A stretch of 37,800 nucleotides of DNA, from assembly GCA_963825865.1 (NCBI GenBank), contig CAWGVG010000024.1, forward strand, positions 1-37,800. The letters are read 5' to 3'. The position numbers and the translations under genes were made by a program. This DNA is from an uncultured Nitrososphaeraceae archaeon. GTDB taxonomy: Archaea; Thermoproteota; Nitrososphaeria; Nitrososphaerales; Nitrososphaeraceae. Within the stretch, counting starts at the first letter, position 1. Each line of letters opens with the position of its first letter. The notes under the pieces are model-generated. The model did no database searches, was not told the origin of the DNA, and was given only the letters and a program-made list of their open reading frames with translations. Positions 1 to 10,139 of this stretch are shown here, one piece after another.

Positions 1-192
1 TAATGCCTTACCTAAGTCTCTCCCAGCGTTGTAGGCTAGATTATGCTGTCGCAGGGAGTTGTACCTATATCCAACCTTCATAATAATATGGTTTTTTAAA
101 TATTTATTACTTTAGGTTTTTAGAACTATAAATTTTATGCGGAATAGGTTTCATATCTCAAGAAAAAAATCTCGCTCCACAAAGGGTTATAG

Positions 193-366
193 TTAGCAGT
201 GGCAGTATTGGGCGTTACTTTGACTTTGATTAATCGCTAACGCTTGATGTGGATCTAACATTCCTATCACTGTTCCAATAACCATTGTAATGGCTAAGCC
301 AATTCCAAATGTGAATACTTTTGGATGTGATGCTGTGGTGTTTAATATTTTCTGCTTTATTGACAT
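193..366 (-). CDS. Small exported/leader-type peptide (57 aa): hydrophobic leader ending MLDPHQALA, short Cys-containing tail INQSQSNAQYCHC
   Basis: ORF track (likely start is the MSIKQ ATG at 366); basic N-terminus, hydrophobic stretch, A-x-A site; paralogous remnant at 5671-5755. Confidence 0.65.
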   Translation of the reverse strand: MSIKQKILNTTASHPKVFTFGIGLAITMVIGTVIGMLDPHQALAINQSQSNAQYCHC

Positions 367-1053
367 TGATATATATATACATAACATACTATATATGATG
401 ATAGTAATCAAGTAAAACCGACTGGAGAAACATAGATGTGCTGAATAAAAATGGTAGATAAAACAACGAAAGTTGATACTACAAACGCATCAACTTCAAC
501 AACAACAACAACAACACCCACCACCCACCACCCCATTCAACCAATCATTAGATTTAACTAAGTGTATAATGGACTGAGTTTGCATATCATCTTTTTTTAG
601 ACCATATTCAGATGCCGGACAGTAGTAGTAGAATAAACAGCCAGAATCGATATGGTTATGACAAATAATGAGACAATCAAGAAAAACTTTGTAAGTTTAT
701 CAAAATGAGGTGTTAGATTATTGTGAGATGTGGTTTTTGATAATCTCATACCTAAAACATTTTATATAAAAAAAATATGAAAACATAACAGTATATAGGC
801 TGTTCGGCTATCTTAAGTAGGTTAATTCCTTTAATCCCTCCAAATTGTTCTTCTTCCTTTTGAACCAGAGTGCAAGTTACACTTACATCAACATTTGAGG
901 TGAAATATCCCATTATTGTTGTACTTTCCTGTTCGGAGTAATAATATGTAATACTGTCCAATAAAAGAAACTTATGAGTAAAGTTGTTATAGTTATGCCA
1001 ACTTGCATTAGTTATGTTCAGAAATAAGGAATTTGATTTGACTTTAACTGTAA

Positions 1054-2552
1054 ATGGGGAGGGTTAGTGCAATAATGACTCAAGAGTTGATTGTACCGAA
1101 AAAACAAAGGGCATTAATTTTCCAAGGTGGAGGATCACTTGGCGCATATGAAGCTGGTGTCTTTCAAGCACTCTATGAAAATATAACAAGAGAAGATGAG
1201 AAAAAAGGAGAAGAAGAAAAAGGCAGGCCATTATTTGACATTGTTGCTGGTACTTCTATAGGTGCGATAAATGCAGGCTGTCTTGGTAAGTTATGTTGCA
1301 GAAAATGGAACTTGGAGAGGATCAACACAGAAGCTTAATGAGTTTTGGGATTATGTGTCAACTGAGTCTTATGCAGATGTAGCTCCTGGATTTACCTCCT
1401 GGTGGGACTACTGGCATAATACTGGCGGTAGTATTGCGTCAGGAGAGGCTGCCAGAAGATATTATTCGGCAAAACAATTCGGACTTTCTGGTGTACCAAA
1501 TGTGTTTTCGCCACTACCTCCATCTATTGACGACAAGTTCTTAGATGCCCAAAATATGTGGTATCGTTATGATAACTATCCGTTAAAGACAACTATTGAA
1601 AAGTTTGCAAAATTTCCTATAGCAACAAGTCATGATGAAAATAGCCAACAACCAAGACTGCTTTTAGTAAGTGTTGATGTACAAGATGGCGCAACAGTAA
1701 CATTTGATAGCTATCTGAACGAAGATAATCAAAGAAAATCTGAATATGGAAAGTATGGACCTGAATTCAGCAGTAATGGAAAGAAAGGAGGATATGAACA
1801 TGTAATAATCTATAATGAAGGCATAAAGTCAGACTACGTTATTGCAAGTGCGTCTGTACCAATAAACTTTAACTATACGACCATTCAGGCAGAGAAGAAG
1901 AATAGTTTTAAAAACACTACGGTGGGAAACAACAGCAATAACAGCAATAACAACAATTCTAAACAAGAGCGCTACTTTTGGGATGGTGGTCTACTAAGTA
2001 ATACACCATTAAGGGAAGTATTGGAAGCACATAGAAACTATTGGTTCAAAGCGAAAAAGCACGGAACAATTAATTCAAAGAATTCTGTTCCAGATTTAGA
2101 AGTATATGTAGTGGATTTACATCCAACAAAACAAGATTTTGTACCTATCGATCACGATGGAGTTGTTAATAGAAATAATGACATAACATTCCATGACAGA
2201 ACTACGTATGATAAGAAAGTGGCACTACTTGTAGCAGATTATATTAATTTCGCAAACGATTTAATTAAAGTTGCAAAGGATAATGGCGTTTCAGAAGGTG
2301 CTATTGATAAAGTCTTAAAGAAAGGGGCAAAGAGCAAACACCGTACAGGAGAAATTAGAATATACCAAGATTTATTGGAAGGACGATTTAACATAGACAA
2401 AATAGTGACGTATAGAACGCAAAAATGATGCTAACACCATTTCAAATAAAATATTTGACTTTTCAAGCGGTACAGTAAGGCAGTTGAGAGAAAATGGATA
2501 TAGAGATACTATTGATAAACTAAACCTACTACTAAATGTGCATCAGAGTTAG
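1054..2552 (+). CDS. Patatin-like phospholipase (frameshifted near 1275 and 2410)
   Basis: QGGGSLG glycine loop, GTSIG (GxSxG) nucleophile, WDGG catalytic Asp; after 2410 another frame gives IERKNDANTISNKIFDFSSGTVRQLRENGY to a TAG at 2550-2552. Confidence 0.9.
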
Positions 2553-2557
2553 GAGCA

Positions 2558-5556
2558 TTGTCAGAAAATATGCTGTATCCTAAAGATGCATTTACACACG
2601 AACATCTAGAATATACAGAGGAACTTTATCGCAGTGGGGTGTTTCTTTACGCATTAGGCAAATACGCCGATGCTATTAGAAATTTTGATAAGGCTATAGA
2701 ATATTGTGAAAAAGTTAATGATGAAAGAAATCTTGCTTCTTTACAAAATAACAAGGGTACCACACTTGATTCATTAGGCAGATATCAAGAGGCTATAGAA
2801 TGTTTTAACAAAGCTATAGAATATTGTGAAAAAGTTAATGATGAAAGAAATCTTGCTTTGTCATTGTATAATAAAGGCTACTCTCTTGGTAATTTGGAAG
2901 AGTATGAAAAATCTAGAAATTGTTTTAATGAAGCTATAGAGCGCTATTATAAGATTAAAGAGAGTGATAATCATTATTTTTTCGATATTGCAAATGCATG
3001 GCGTAATAAAGGCTATGCGATTGCAATGAGCGACGATAAAGATAGTCATAAAGACGCTGATGACTGCCTTAACAGGGCCATAATGGAAGATAACGAATTT
3101 GCTTATGCATGGAATACTAGAGGCTATATTCATAACTACTTTGAGGAATACCATAGAGCAATAGAGTGCTTTGACAAGGCCACCCATCTAGATCCTGAAT
3201 CTTACTTTAGCATGGTATAACAAAGGCTATGCCTATTATTGCATTGGAAAAGATAACATACAATTCAAAAAGGATTGCTTAAACAAAGCCAAGCAATGCG
3301 TCAATAAATCTATAGAGATAGACAAGAACAGTTACTATGCATGGCTTTACAGAGGATATATCCCATTTGAAATAGGTCAATATGAGAAAGCTATAGAAAA
3401 TTTTGACAAGGCAATAGAGATATCTCCTAGAATTGGCGATGCATATTATAGAAAGGGTACTGCTCTTGATTCATTAGGAAGATATCAAGAATCTATAGAT
3501 TGCTTTGATGAGGCTATAGAATGTTTTGATGAAACCTCAGAGAAAGCCAAGAACATGAATTTAAAAGAGAGGAAAATAGTACCATATATAAGAAAATTGT
3601 TTATGCTTGGAATAGTAAAGGAACATCATTTGACTCTCTGGGAAGATATGAAAAAGCAATAGAGTGCTTTGACAAGGCAATAGAATATTTTCAAGTTACT
3701 GTAGAGAAAGATTGTGAATTTGCTTTTGCATGGTATAACAAAGGTTATTCATTTGGTAATGCAGGAAGATATGAAAAAGCAATAGAGTGCTTTGACAAGG
3801 CAATAGAATATTTTCAAGATACTGTAGTTAACAATAAGAATGCGATAGAAAAAAGTAAATTCAAAAGAGACCTTGCAAATGTATGGCGGAATAAAGGTTT
3901 TTCATATGCTAGACTAATGAACCATGAGGTGGCTATAGAATGTTTTAACAAGGCCGTAGATATAGATCCAAGTTTTGCTCTGGCTTGGAATAGCAAAGGC
4001 TATGTTACTATTTATTATTTAGAAAATTTGCAAATGACTATTGAAAATTTTAATAGAGATGAAGTATTAAAAGAGGCTATAGAATGTTTTAACAAGGCCG
4101 TAGATTGCTTTAATAATGATACAGATGAAAAAAGAAGATATAACGATGATAACGTACAAATAGACAAGAATGCATCTTTTGCATGGTATAACAAAGGTTA
4201 TGCTCTTTATTGTTTAAACGAATATGAAAAAGCAATAGAGTGCTTTGACAAGGCTATCGAGATAAATCATAGATATGCAGATGCACATTATAGTAAAGGT
4301 GTATCTCTTTATAGATCAGCAGGATATAATGAAGCAGCATATGACTTTAATAGAAAGACCCTTACACATCTCTACTCATCAAAATTATACCAGATCATAG
4401 ATTGCTTTGATGAGGCTATAGAATGTTTTAGGCAAAATAAAAAAAACAATTTTAAAGACGCAGGAGATGAAGAGGAAAATAAGAATTTTGCTTATGCATG
4501 GTATAACAAAGGCATTATTCTTCATTCATTGGGAAGGTACGAAGAGGCTATAGAATGTTTTGACGAGACATTAAAGATATATTTTAAACTTGATGAAGCT
4601 TGTACAGAAAAGGCATTATTCTTCATTCATTGGGAAGGTACGAAGAGGCTATAGAATGTTTTAATAAAGCTATAGAAAATTTTGATAAGCACAAAGGAAG
4701 AAAAGGCTTGAGACATGAATTGGACTTGTTTGACCTCTATTTTATGAGAGGTCAATGCAAATATAATACTAACTTTCCACGAGCTTTAGATGATTTCAGT
4801 TATATAGATGATCAAAAAATAATTGATAATCGTAAAAAGAGTTTAAAATACAACAATATAGGATTATGCTTTTATCAGCTAGAATTGCAAGAAAAAGCTG
4901 TAGAATGTTTTAACAAGGCCATAGACTATGACCCGCAGTCAGTTTACGCACACTATAACATTGCTGTACCATATAATAACAAAAATGAAAAAGACAAGAC
5001 TAGAGAATCATTAGATAAATGCTTAAACATTGATGGAAACTTCTTTGATGCGAAAGACGCCAAAAAGAAGTTGGAAAGGCCAGAACATGTAGACTGGTAT
5101 AAGTGGTGGTTTGATAAGGGAAGAGGAAAAAAAGTACTTGGTGTAGCAATAATAGTTGCATTGATAACTTTTATAGCAATTCCATTATTAATAACCGAAC
5201 GATTAGTTGAGAGGCCATATTTTGAAGGGAATTCTACCGAACTGACTAATTTGGTTAGTAAAGGTATCAATAATCAAATCATGGCCTGGTTGGTACTGAC
5301 GGTAGGTGTGTTGATTGCAATGTTGCTGTTACCAAATTTACAAAAATTCAAGATGGGAACTGTTGAATTGCAAACAATTCCTATTGATGCTAAAACTGAA
5401 TTTAGTATGAAACCGCATTTAGCTTCTATTGATCCTCCTCCACTTGCTAGTATGCCATTAAAGTATCATGCACAATCTTTTCGTATGCCACTTGCTTATC
5501 AGAGACAACATTTCTTCATGCCAACAGATCCTGTTAGAATGCCAAAGAAATTATGA
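2558..5556 (+). CDS. Long TPR-repeat protein with two C-terminal transmembrane helices (several frameshifts)
   Basis: Recurrent AW(Y/N)NKG...EAIECF(D/N)KAI TPR units across ORFs 2558-3220, 3917-4654, 4600-5556 and the frames between; TM segments VLGVAIIVALITFIAIPLLI and IMAWLVLTVGVLIAMLLLP. Confidence 0.88.
2692..2857 (+). repeat. Intragenic direct repeat of TPR-coding DNA, 120-bp period
   Basis: gctatagaatattgtgaaaaagttaatgatgaaagaaatcttgct occurs at ~2693 and ~2813. Confidence 0.85.
4508..4663 (+). repeat. Intragenic direct repeat of TPR-coding DNA, ~100-bp period
   Basis: aaaggcattattcttcattcattgggaaggtacgaagaggctatagaatgtttt occurs twice (~4508 and ~4609). Confidence 0.85.
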
Positions 5557-5670
5557 ATCCTATTACTACCGCCAATCTTTTTGGCAGTGGTGCTTCTCCA
5601 GCACTACTAGCCCGCGTACTTCTTTAATTTTTGCAGAATTTTTAAAATCTAGGAGTGTCTTTAATGTTTA

Positions 5671-5755
5671 TCAACTACTGTCTTTAGAAGAAGCAAATGC
5701 TTGAGTATGGTCTAACATTCCCATTGCTGTTCCGATAGCGAACGTGATTACTAAG
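5671..5755 (-). pseudogene. 5'-truncated paralog of the 193-366 leader peptide gene
   Basis: LVITFAIGTAMGMLDHTQAFASSKDSS aligns with LAITMVIGTVIGMLDPHQALA; N-terminus replaced by IS5 sequence. Confidence 0.65.
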
Positions 5756-5757
5756 TT

Positions 5758-6160
5758 GGTGTTGTCATCACAGCTGCGAATACTCATGATATGAAGGCTA
5801 CAGCAGAGACGCTTGACTGTATTGTAACAAAAAGAAGGCCTCCTCCTACAAAGAAAAAGAAACAACAACAACAGAATCTATGTCTTGATAAAGGATACAA
5901 CTATCCAGAGATAGAACAGGAAGTAGTCAAGAGAGGATATGTACCGCATATCCGTCAGAGAGGTGAAGGGAAAAAATCAGTTAAGAAAAGAAGACATCAT
6001 CCATCAAGAAGATGGGTTATAGAAAGAACAAATTCATGGCACAACAGATTCAGAAAACTACTGGTTAGATATGAAAAGAAAGCAGAGAATTATCTTGGAC
6101 TAGTACATCTGGCCTGCTGCATAATTGTATACCGTAGGATAATTTTGGGATAGGCTCTAA
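5758..6160 (+). mobile_element. IS5-family (IS427-like) transposase, C-terminal part and right end
   Basis: VVITAANTHDM, LCLDKGY, RWVIERTNSWHNRFRKLLVRYEK motifs; ends ttttgggataggctcta; N-terminal half missing. Confidence 0.88.
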
Positions 6161-6225
6161 GCCTATAACGAATGTTACAAGTTTTGACTGTGCAGTTATA
6201 ATATTCATGATTGATTTGATTATCT

Positions 6226-6410
6226 AGAGCTAATATCTTCATTCCATATACAATAGGCATAGTGATATTACCTCCAAATACTGGAATATATCCTCCTCCT
6301 AGAGCCAGTACTGGCATTGTAAGCTTAGTCTTTGAATAATTCATATTTTGAATTGCGTCCTGAGGAATAGCTCTGTAATACTCAAACCCAGCACGCATCC
6401 CTCCTGAAGC
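6226..6410 (-). pseudogene. Alpha/beta hydrolase (epoxide hydrolase-like) internal fragment
   Basis: GGMRAGFEYYRA...KLTMPVLALGG motif; no N-terminus or catalytic His region. Confidence 0.7.
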
Positions 6411-6415
6411 ACGGC

Positions 6416-7111
6416 TCGCCATCATTTGAAAGAGAGTACAATTTAAAATACCTGGGCCTTATTGGAAATGTCTTTCATACAAGAGATATTGAAGCAGCGA
6501 TACAGAAAGGCATGGGGGACAGTCCATCTGAGATAAACGACTACTCCCAGAAATCTATGGGAATAGACCCAGCCTTTGGCTCATCTGCCTTTGGAATTGT
6601 GATAACGCAGCGGGCTGACAACCAGATACAGATAATGCACGCTGAAGAATACCAGAGGCCTGACTTTAACGAGATGCTGTCTGTTGTGTGGGATCTCTTC
6701 AGGAGGTTTGGCAAGATAAACAAGATATACATCGATGGCTCAAACCCGTCATTCATTAGAGCTCTGAAGATACAGATAGGAGAAGATGAAGAATACGAGG
6801 AGATAATAAAGGAAGCAAAGAGCAGAAAGAGAAACTACGAGTTTAGCATGGATGTAGTTCCCGTAAGTTTTGGAGCTGAACACAAATCGATGCTGGGAAA
6901 CTGCAAAATGTTCCTGGAAAGAGAAGGAGGATATATCGCAATAAATCCAAAGTTTGACAAGCTGATAACATCACTGAGAACGGCAGTAGAAGATGATGGT
7001 ATATTAGATAAAGAAGCCACATCATACGACGATATATTTGACGCTTTCAGGCTGGCAATGTGCTACTATAGGTTTACCGAGTCCAGGCGTAGATCGTTGT
7101 TGTCTATATAA
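6416..7111 (+). pseudogene. Terminase large-subunit-like C-terminal RNase H-fold nuclease domain, 5'-truncated
   Basis: Frame open upstream of the 6512 ATG: SPSFEREYNLKYLGLIGNVF; motifs MGIDPAFG, IYIDGSNP, YDDIFDAFRLA; ATPase domain absent. Confidence 0.7.
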
Positions 7112-7503
7112 TCTTATATAGAGTCTGTTTGAGTTTAATGCGTAAATTTCTAGCAATAATAGGTGTTAGTGACAGCACACTCTTGTTATTGTTGTTGTTG
7201 TGGTAGATGGTTTATAGTTTTACTTTACATATCACATTGATATTAAGGTGATAGAGATAAAGTACTTGGTTGACTGTTAGATTTATGGTTAGTCATTAGG
7301 TTAGTATCTGAAGATTGTCGCTGCTGATGTGGTGTTAGTGACGACGCTGGTGACGATGATAATGATTGATGCCTTTGTTCAGTTGGATTTCAAACTATTG
7401 TCTGGCCTTTTAGGTCAATGTTTGGTATAATCTACCTCATCATATCGTCTATGCTACGATTTTGACTACTTGGGGACAGAGCAGAAGAAGAACATCCAGG
7501 GTG

Positions 7504-7587
7504 GACGGCATGCTTGGTTGCTGCCGCGTAAGTGCTAGCGTAAGGGATACCGTTGAGGCCTGCGATGGAAGCGAGATTCACGATGGC
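7504..7587 (-). pseudogene. Short-chain dehydrogenase/reductase fragment 1
   Basis: Manual translation AIVNLASIAGLNGIPYASTYAAATKHAV. Confidence 0.75.
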
Positions 7588-7887
7588 TCTGCTCTCTTGG
7601 AGTCATAGATAAAGCGGTTTACAACCTACTAATATCACTTAATAATTATATCTTTGAATACCGCCTAAGAAACCCTACCTGATCCCTAACATGATCTTAT
7701 CCAGAAAAATTCGATTAATGAATAGTTACCAAATCTTCTTCTGTGAAGTTTGCTGTCTTTCGTTCTTCTTTTGGCTCTCACATCTTGCGAGTCTCACATT
7801 GTGAAAATGCTTGTATTTTTGTTTCTGAATGATGAGCATCAATCATCCTGGTAATTTTCAGAAATACTCATGTGATATTATTCTTTT

Positions 7888-8534
7888 TCATTCTTCGATA
7901 CCAATTGCACGTATAGGTGAACCTGAAGCGCCAACAAGTTTCAGTGGAGTGATTAAGAGCGTAAATTTTTCATTGTTGAATCTGCATAAATTACATAAAT
8001 TTTCTATTACTAGAATTTGATTTGATAGGAGCGTTTTATGAGCTATGAATCCGCTATCAGTACCTATATCAATGCTCGGACAATCTATTGCTACGGCATT
8101 AATTTTTTTCTCGACCAAATATTCTGCGGCGTCCTTTGATAAACCTGGATTATTTTTCATATAGTTATCTTTTTCCTTAATTTGCTTTTCCCATCCTGTT
8201 GAAAAGACAACATGTCTTTTTCTTTTATTTCATATTTACTGTTACATATTATATCATGGCTAGTAATCATTTGATTGGAATTTTTCTGTATTTTTATGAG
8301 TATGGTATTATTACAAATGTATCTATAGACTTCAACTTGATCTATGGTTGGGCCATTTGGATTGAAATGAAACGGAGCATCCATGTGTGTTCCTGTATGA
8401 GTGCTCAAGAACACAACTTCTGAAACATATCCTTGAGTCTCAAATTTTGACCATTTTATGAAAGTAGGCACTGGATATCCAGGGAAGGTTATCATATCCG
8501 GGGTGATTTCAAGTGTAAGGTCAACTATTTTCAT
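7888..8534 (-). CDS. Cyclase-family metal-dependent hydrolase (kynurenine formamidase-like), frameshift near 8205
   Basis: DLT start, HTGTHMDAPFHF motif, AIDCPSID, H...LVIENL, PLKLVGASGSPIRA. Confidence 0.88.
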
Positions 8535-8578
8535 ATTTTATTACGACATTTTACTACTATTATTATTTTCATTCGTCA

Positions 8579-8842
8579 TTACCTATCTGAATAAGCTCCA
8601 ATCAACGGAAGTGAAATCAATCCAGCGAGTGAGCGAAAATTTACAATTCTTCCTCCTCCTCCTCCATTTCTTTGTATCATCATTAATGGCAATACTTTCT
8701 TTGTGAATCTCACAAGACTAAAGAAATTTGTTTCAAGTTGTTTTCTTAGGTTATCCATCGTTATATCTTCAATTGCTCCAGGCTCTACATAGCCTGCATT
8801 ATTTACAAGGTCATATATTGTATTTTCTTTTACTTTTTGAGA
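8579..8842 (-). pseudogene. Short-chain dehydrogenase/reductase fragment 2 (no start codon)
   Basis: Manual translation LVNNAGYVEPGAIEDITMDNLRKQLETNFFSLVRFTKKVLPLMM...GRIVNFRSLAGLISLPLIGAYSDR*. Confidence 0.8.
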
Positions 8843-9017
8843 TTATGTCACACTCCAGAAGGCCACAGTATCAGAATATTTGGACAAGCGATTTGGAAGA
8901 TAGAATAACGACAGATGCTATGACACTTGACTTATGATGGTAGGGTTTAGAACTGTATGTAGTAATATTTGACTATTATGACTTGAAGTTCTAGTTTAAT
9001 ATTCATGTGAAGAACAT

Positions 9018-9515
9018 TTGCTATTATTGGATATTTCAGAATCTGTACTAAAGGAATACCTCATACCTAAAGATTACGAGAAGCCAAGAATAGAAATTGG
9101 TAATTACTTTCTAAAATGGGATGATAATAATAAATCCTATGGAATACATCCAAGAGAAATAGCAGAACTCAAAGGATTTCTAACGAAAGCCATTTCTTTC
9201 CTTGATACAAGTTATGAATTGCTGAGTAAATTAGAAAGGCCCAAGCACAAGGGTAAATATCCTTTGCATACAGGACTATCTCCGCTAATATTCTTTTCAT
9301 ATAGAAATAAAGATCGTATAGTCAGCTATGAATTGTATATGGGATCAGACGGCTCTACATTTGTTGACAGAGTAGAAAGGATTGAAGTATCTAATAATAA
9401 TAATAATAATACTATCCTAGCATATAAAGGAAAACTACCACAACGACATGATGTTAAACCTAGGCTTTATTTGAAATGGAGTCTTGGAGAATTGCTATTT
9501 AACAGACAGGCATGA
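9018..9515 (+). CDS. Hypothetical protein
   Basis: 165-aa ORF with plausible composition; no motif recognised. Confidence 0.5.
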   Translation: MLLLDISESVLKEYLIPKDYEKPRIEIGNYFLKWDDNNKSYGIHPREIAELKGFLTKAISFLDTSYELLSKLERPKHKGKYPLHTGLSPLIFFSYRNKDRIVSYELYMGSDGSTFVDRVERIEVSNNNNNNTILAYKGKLPQRHDVKPRLYLKWSLGELLFNRQA

Positions 9516-9595
9516 AGCATTTTCAAAGAAAAGAATGTACGATAGTAATAATTATAAATGCAGATCTGTTTCCTACATCGTAGTATAAAGACAGA

Positions 9596-9727
9596 TTGAA
9601 AAAGTGTATCTGCGGAAGGAACACTATGATAGTTGAGGCGTGTACTCCTTTGGGATGCAATAAATTTAATGTATGCATAGGATGTCAGAAGCCAAACGAA
9701 ACTTGTAGGTGCAACAAACTGAAGTGA
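9596..9727 (+). CDS. Cys-rich microprotein (43 aa, 8 Cys), putative metal-binding
   Basis: Manual translation from TTG: MKKCICGRNTMIVEACTPLGCNKFNVCIGCQKPNETCRCNKLK*; ttataaa box at ~9552. Confidence 0.6.
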   Translation: MKKCICGRNTMIVEACTPLGCNKFNVCIGCQKPNETCRCNKLK

Positions 9728-9849
9728 CAGCGGACAAAGCTAATTGATTACGCCTTGAAATGAACAGTTGATGTTGTTTTATAGCAAGTTAATGGGAAGA
9801 TACGACAACTAATCCTAATCGAACCAGAAAATAAGTCAATAGATAATAG

Positions 9850-10060
9850 ATCTATGACACCTGGCAAAAGGTCTGCCGATGCAGATTTAGATGTTGTCAA
9901 TCAGGCCTTAATAACTAACCTGTTTGGACCCTGGAGGCTATCTCAGGTATGTATACCCATGATGAAGACAAGTACGGTCGCATTGTAAATGTGTCCAGTG
10001 CAGCAGGATCTCGACATTACATGGGCGCCGGTACGCTGGCATATAGCATCTCCAAAGGCA
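9850..10060 (+). pseudogene. Short-chain dehydrogenase/reductase fragment 3 (carbonyl reductase-like)
   Basis: ADADLDVVNQALITNLFGPWRLSQVCIPMM / YGRIVNVSSAAGS...AYSISK across a frameshift. Confidence 0.8.
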
Positions 10061-10139
10061 GACTGGTCCATACATATAATTCTGGCCGTTGTGGCTGCTA
10101 TAATCTGTTATCGAAGGAGACATGTTATAAAAAAATGAC

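Noticed and set aside
1-81. GC-richer stretch at the window edge considered as an RNA gene or intron end
   Set aside because: No tRNA, rRNA or intron motif; it reads as an open minus-strand frame (MKVGYRYNSLRQ...) leaving the window, too short to call
497-534. (aac)n/(cacc)n tract, and similar poly-aat/gat tracts elsewhere
   Set aside because: Simple low-complexity slippage common throughout the window; no spacer structure
1054-2552. Patatin interpreted as a CBASS CapV effector
   Set aside because: No CD-NTase nearby; the class III cyclase is 33 kb away and unrelated to CD-NTases
2692-4663. Recurring gctatagaatgtttt units considered as a CRISPR array
   Set aside because: They lie in coding frame as the TPR consensus AIECF, with irregular spacing
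7500-7600. GC-rich patch considered as a structured ncRNA or rRNA fragment
   Set aside because: The minus strand translates cleanly as an SDR fragment
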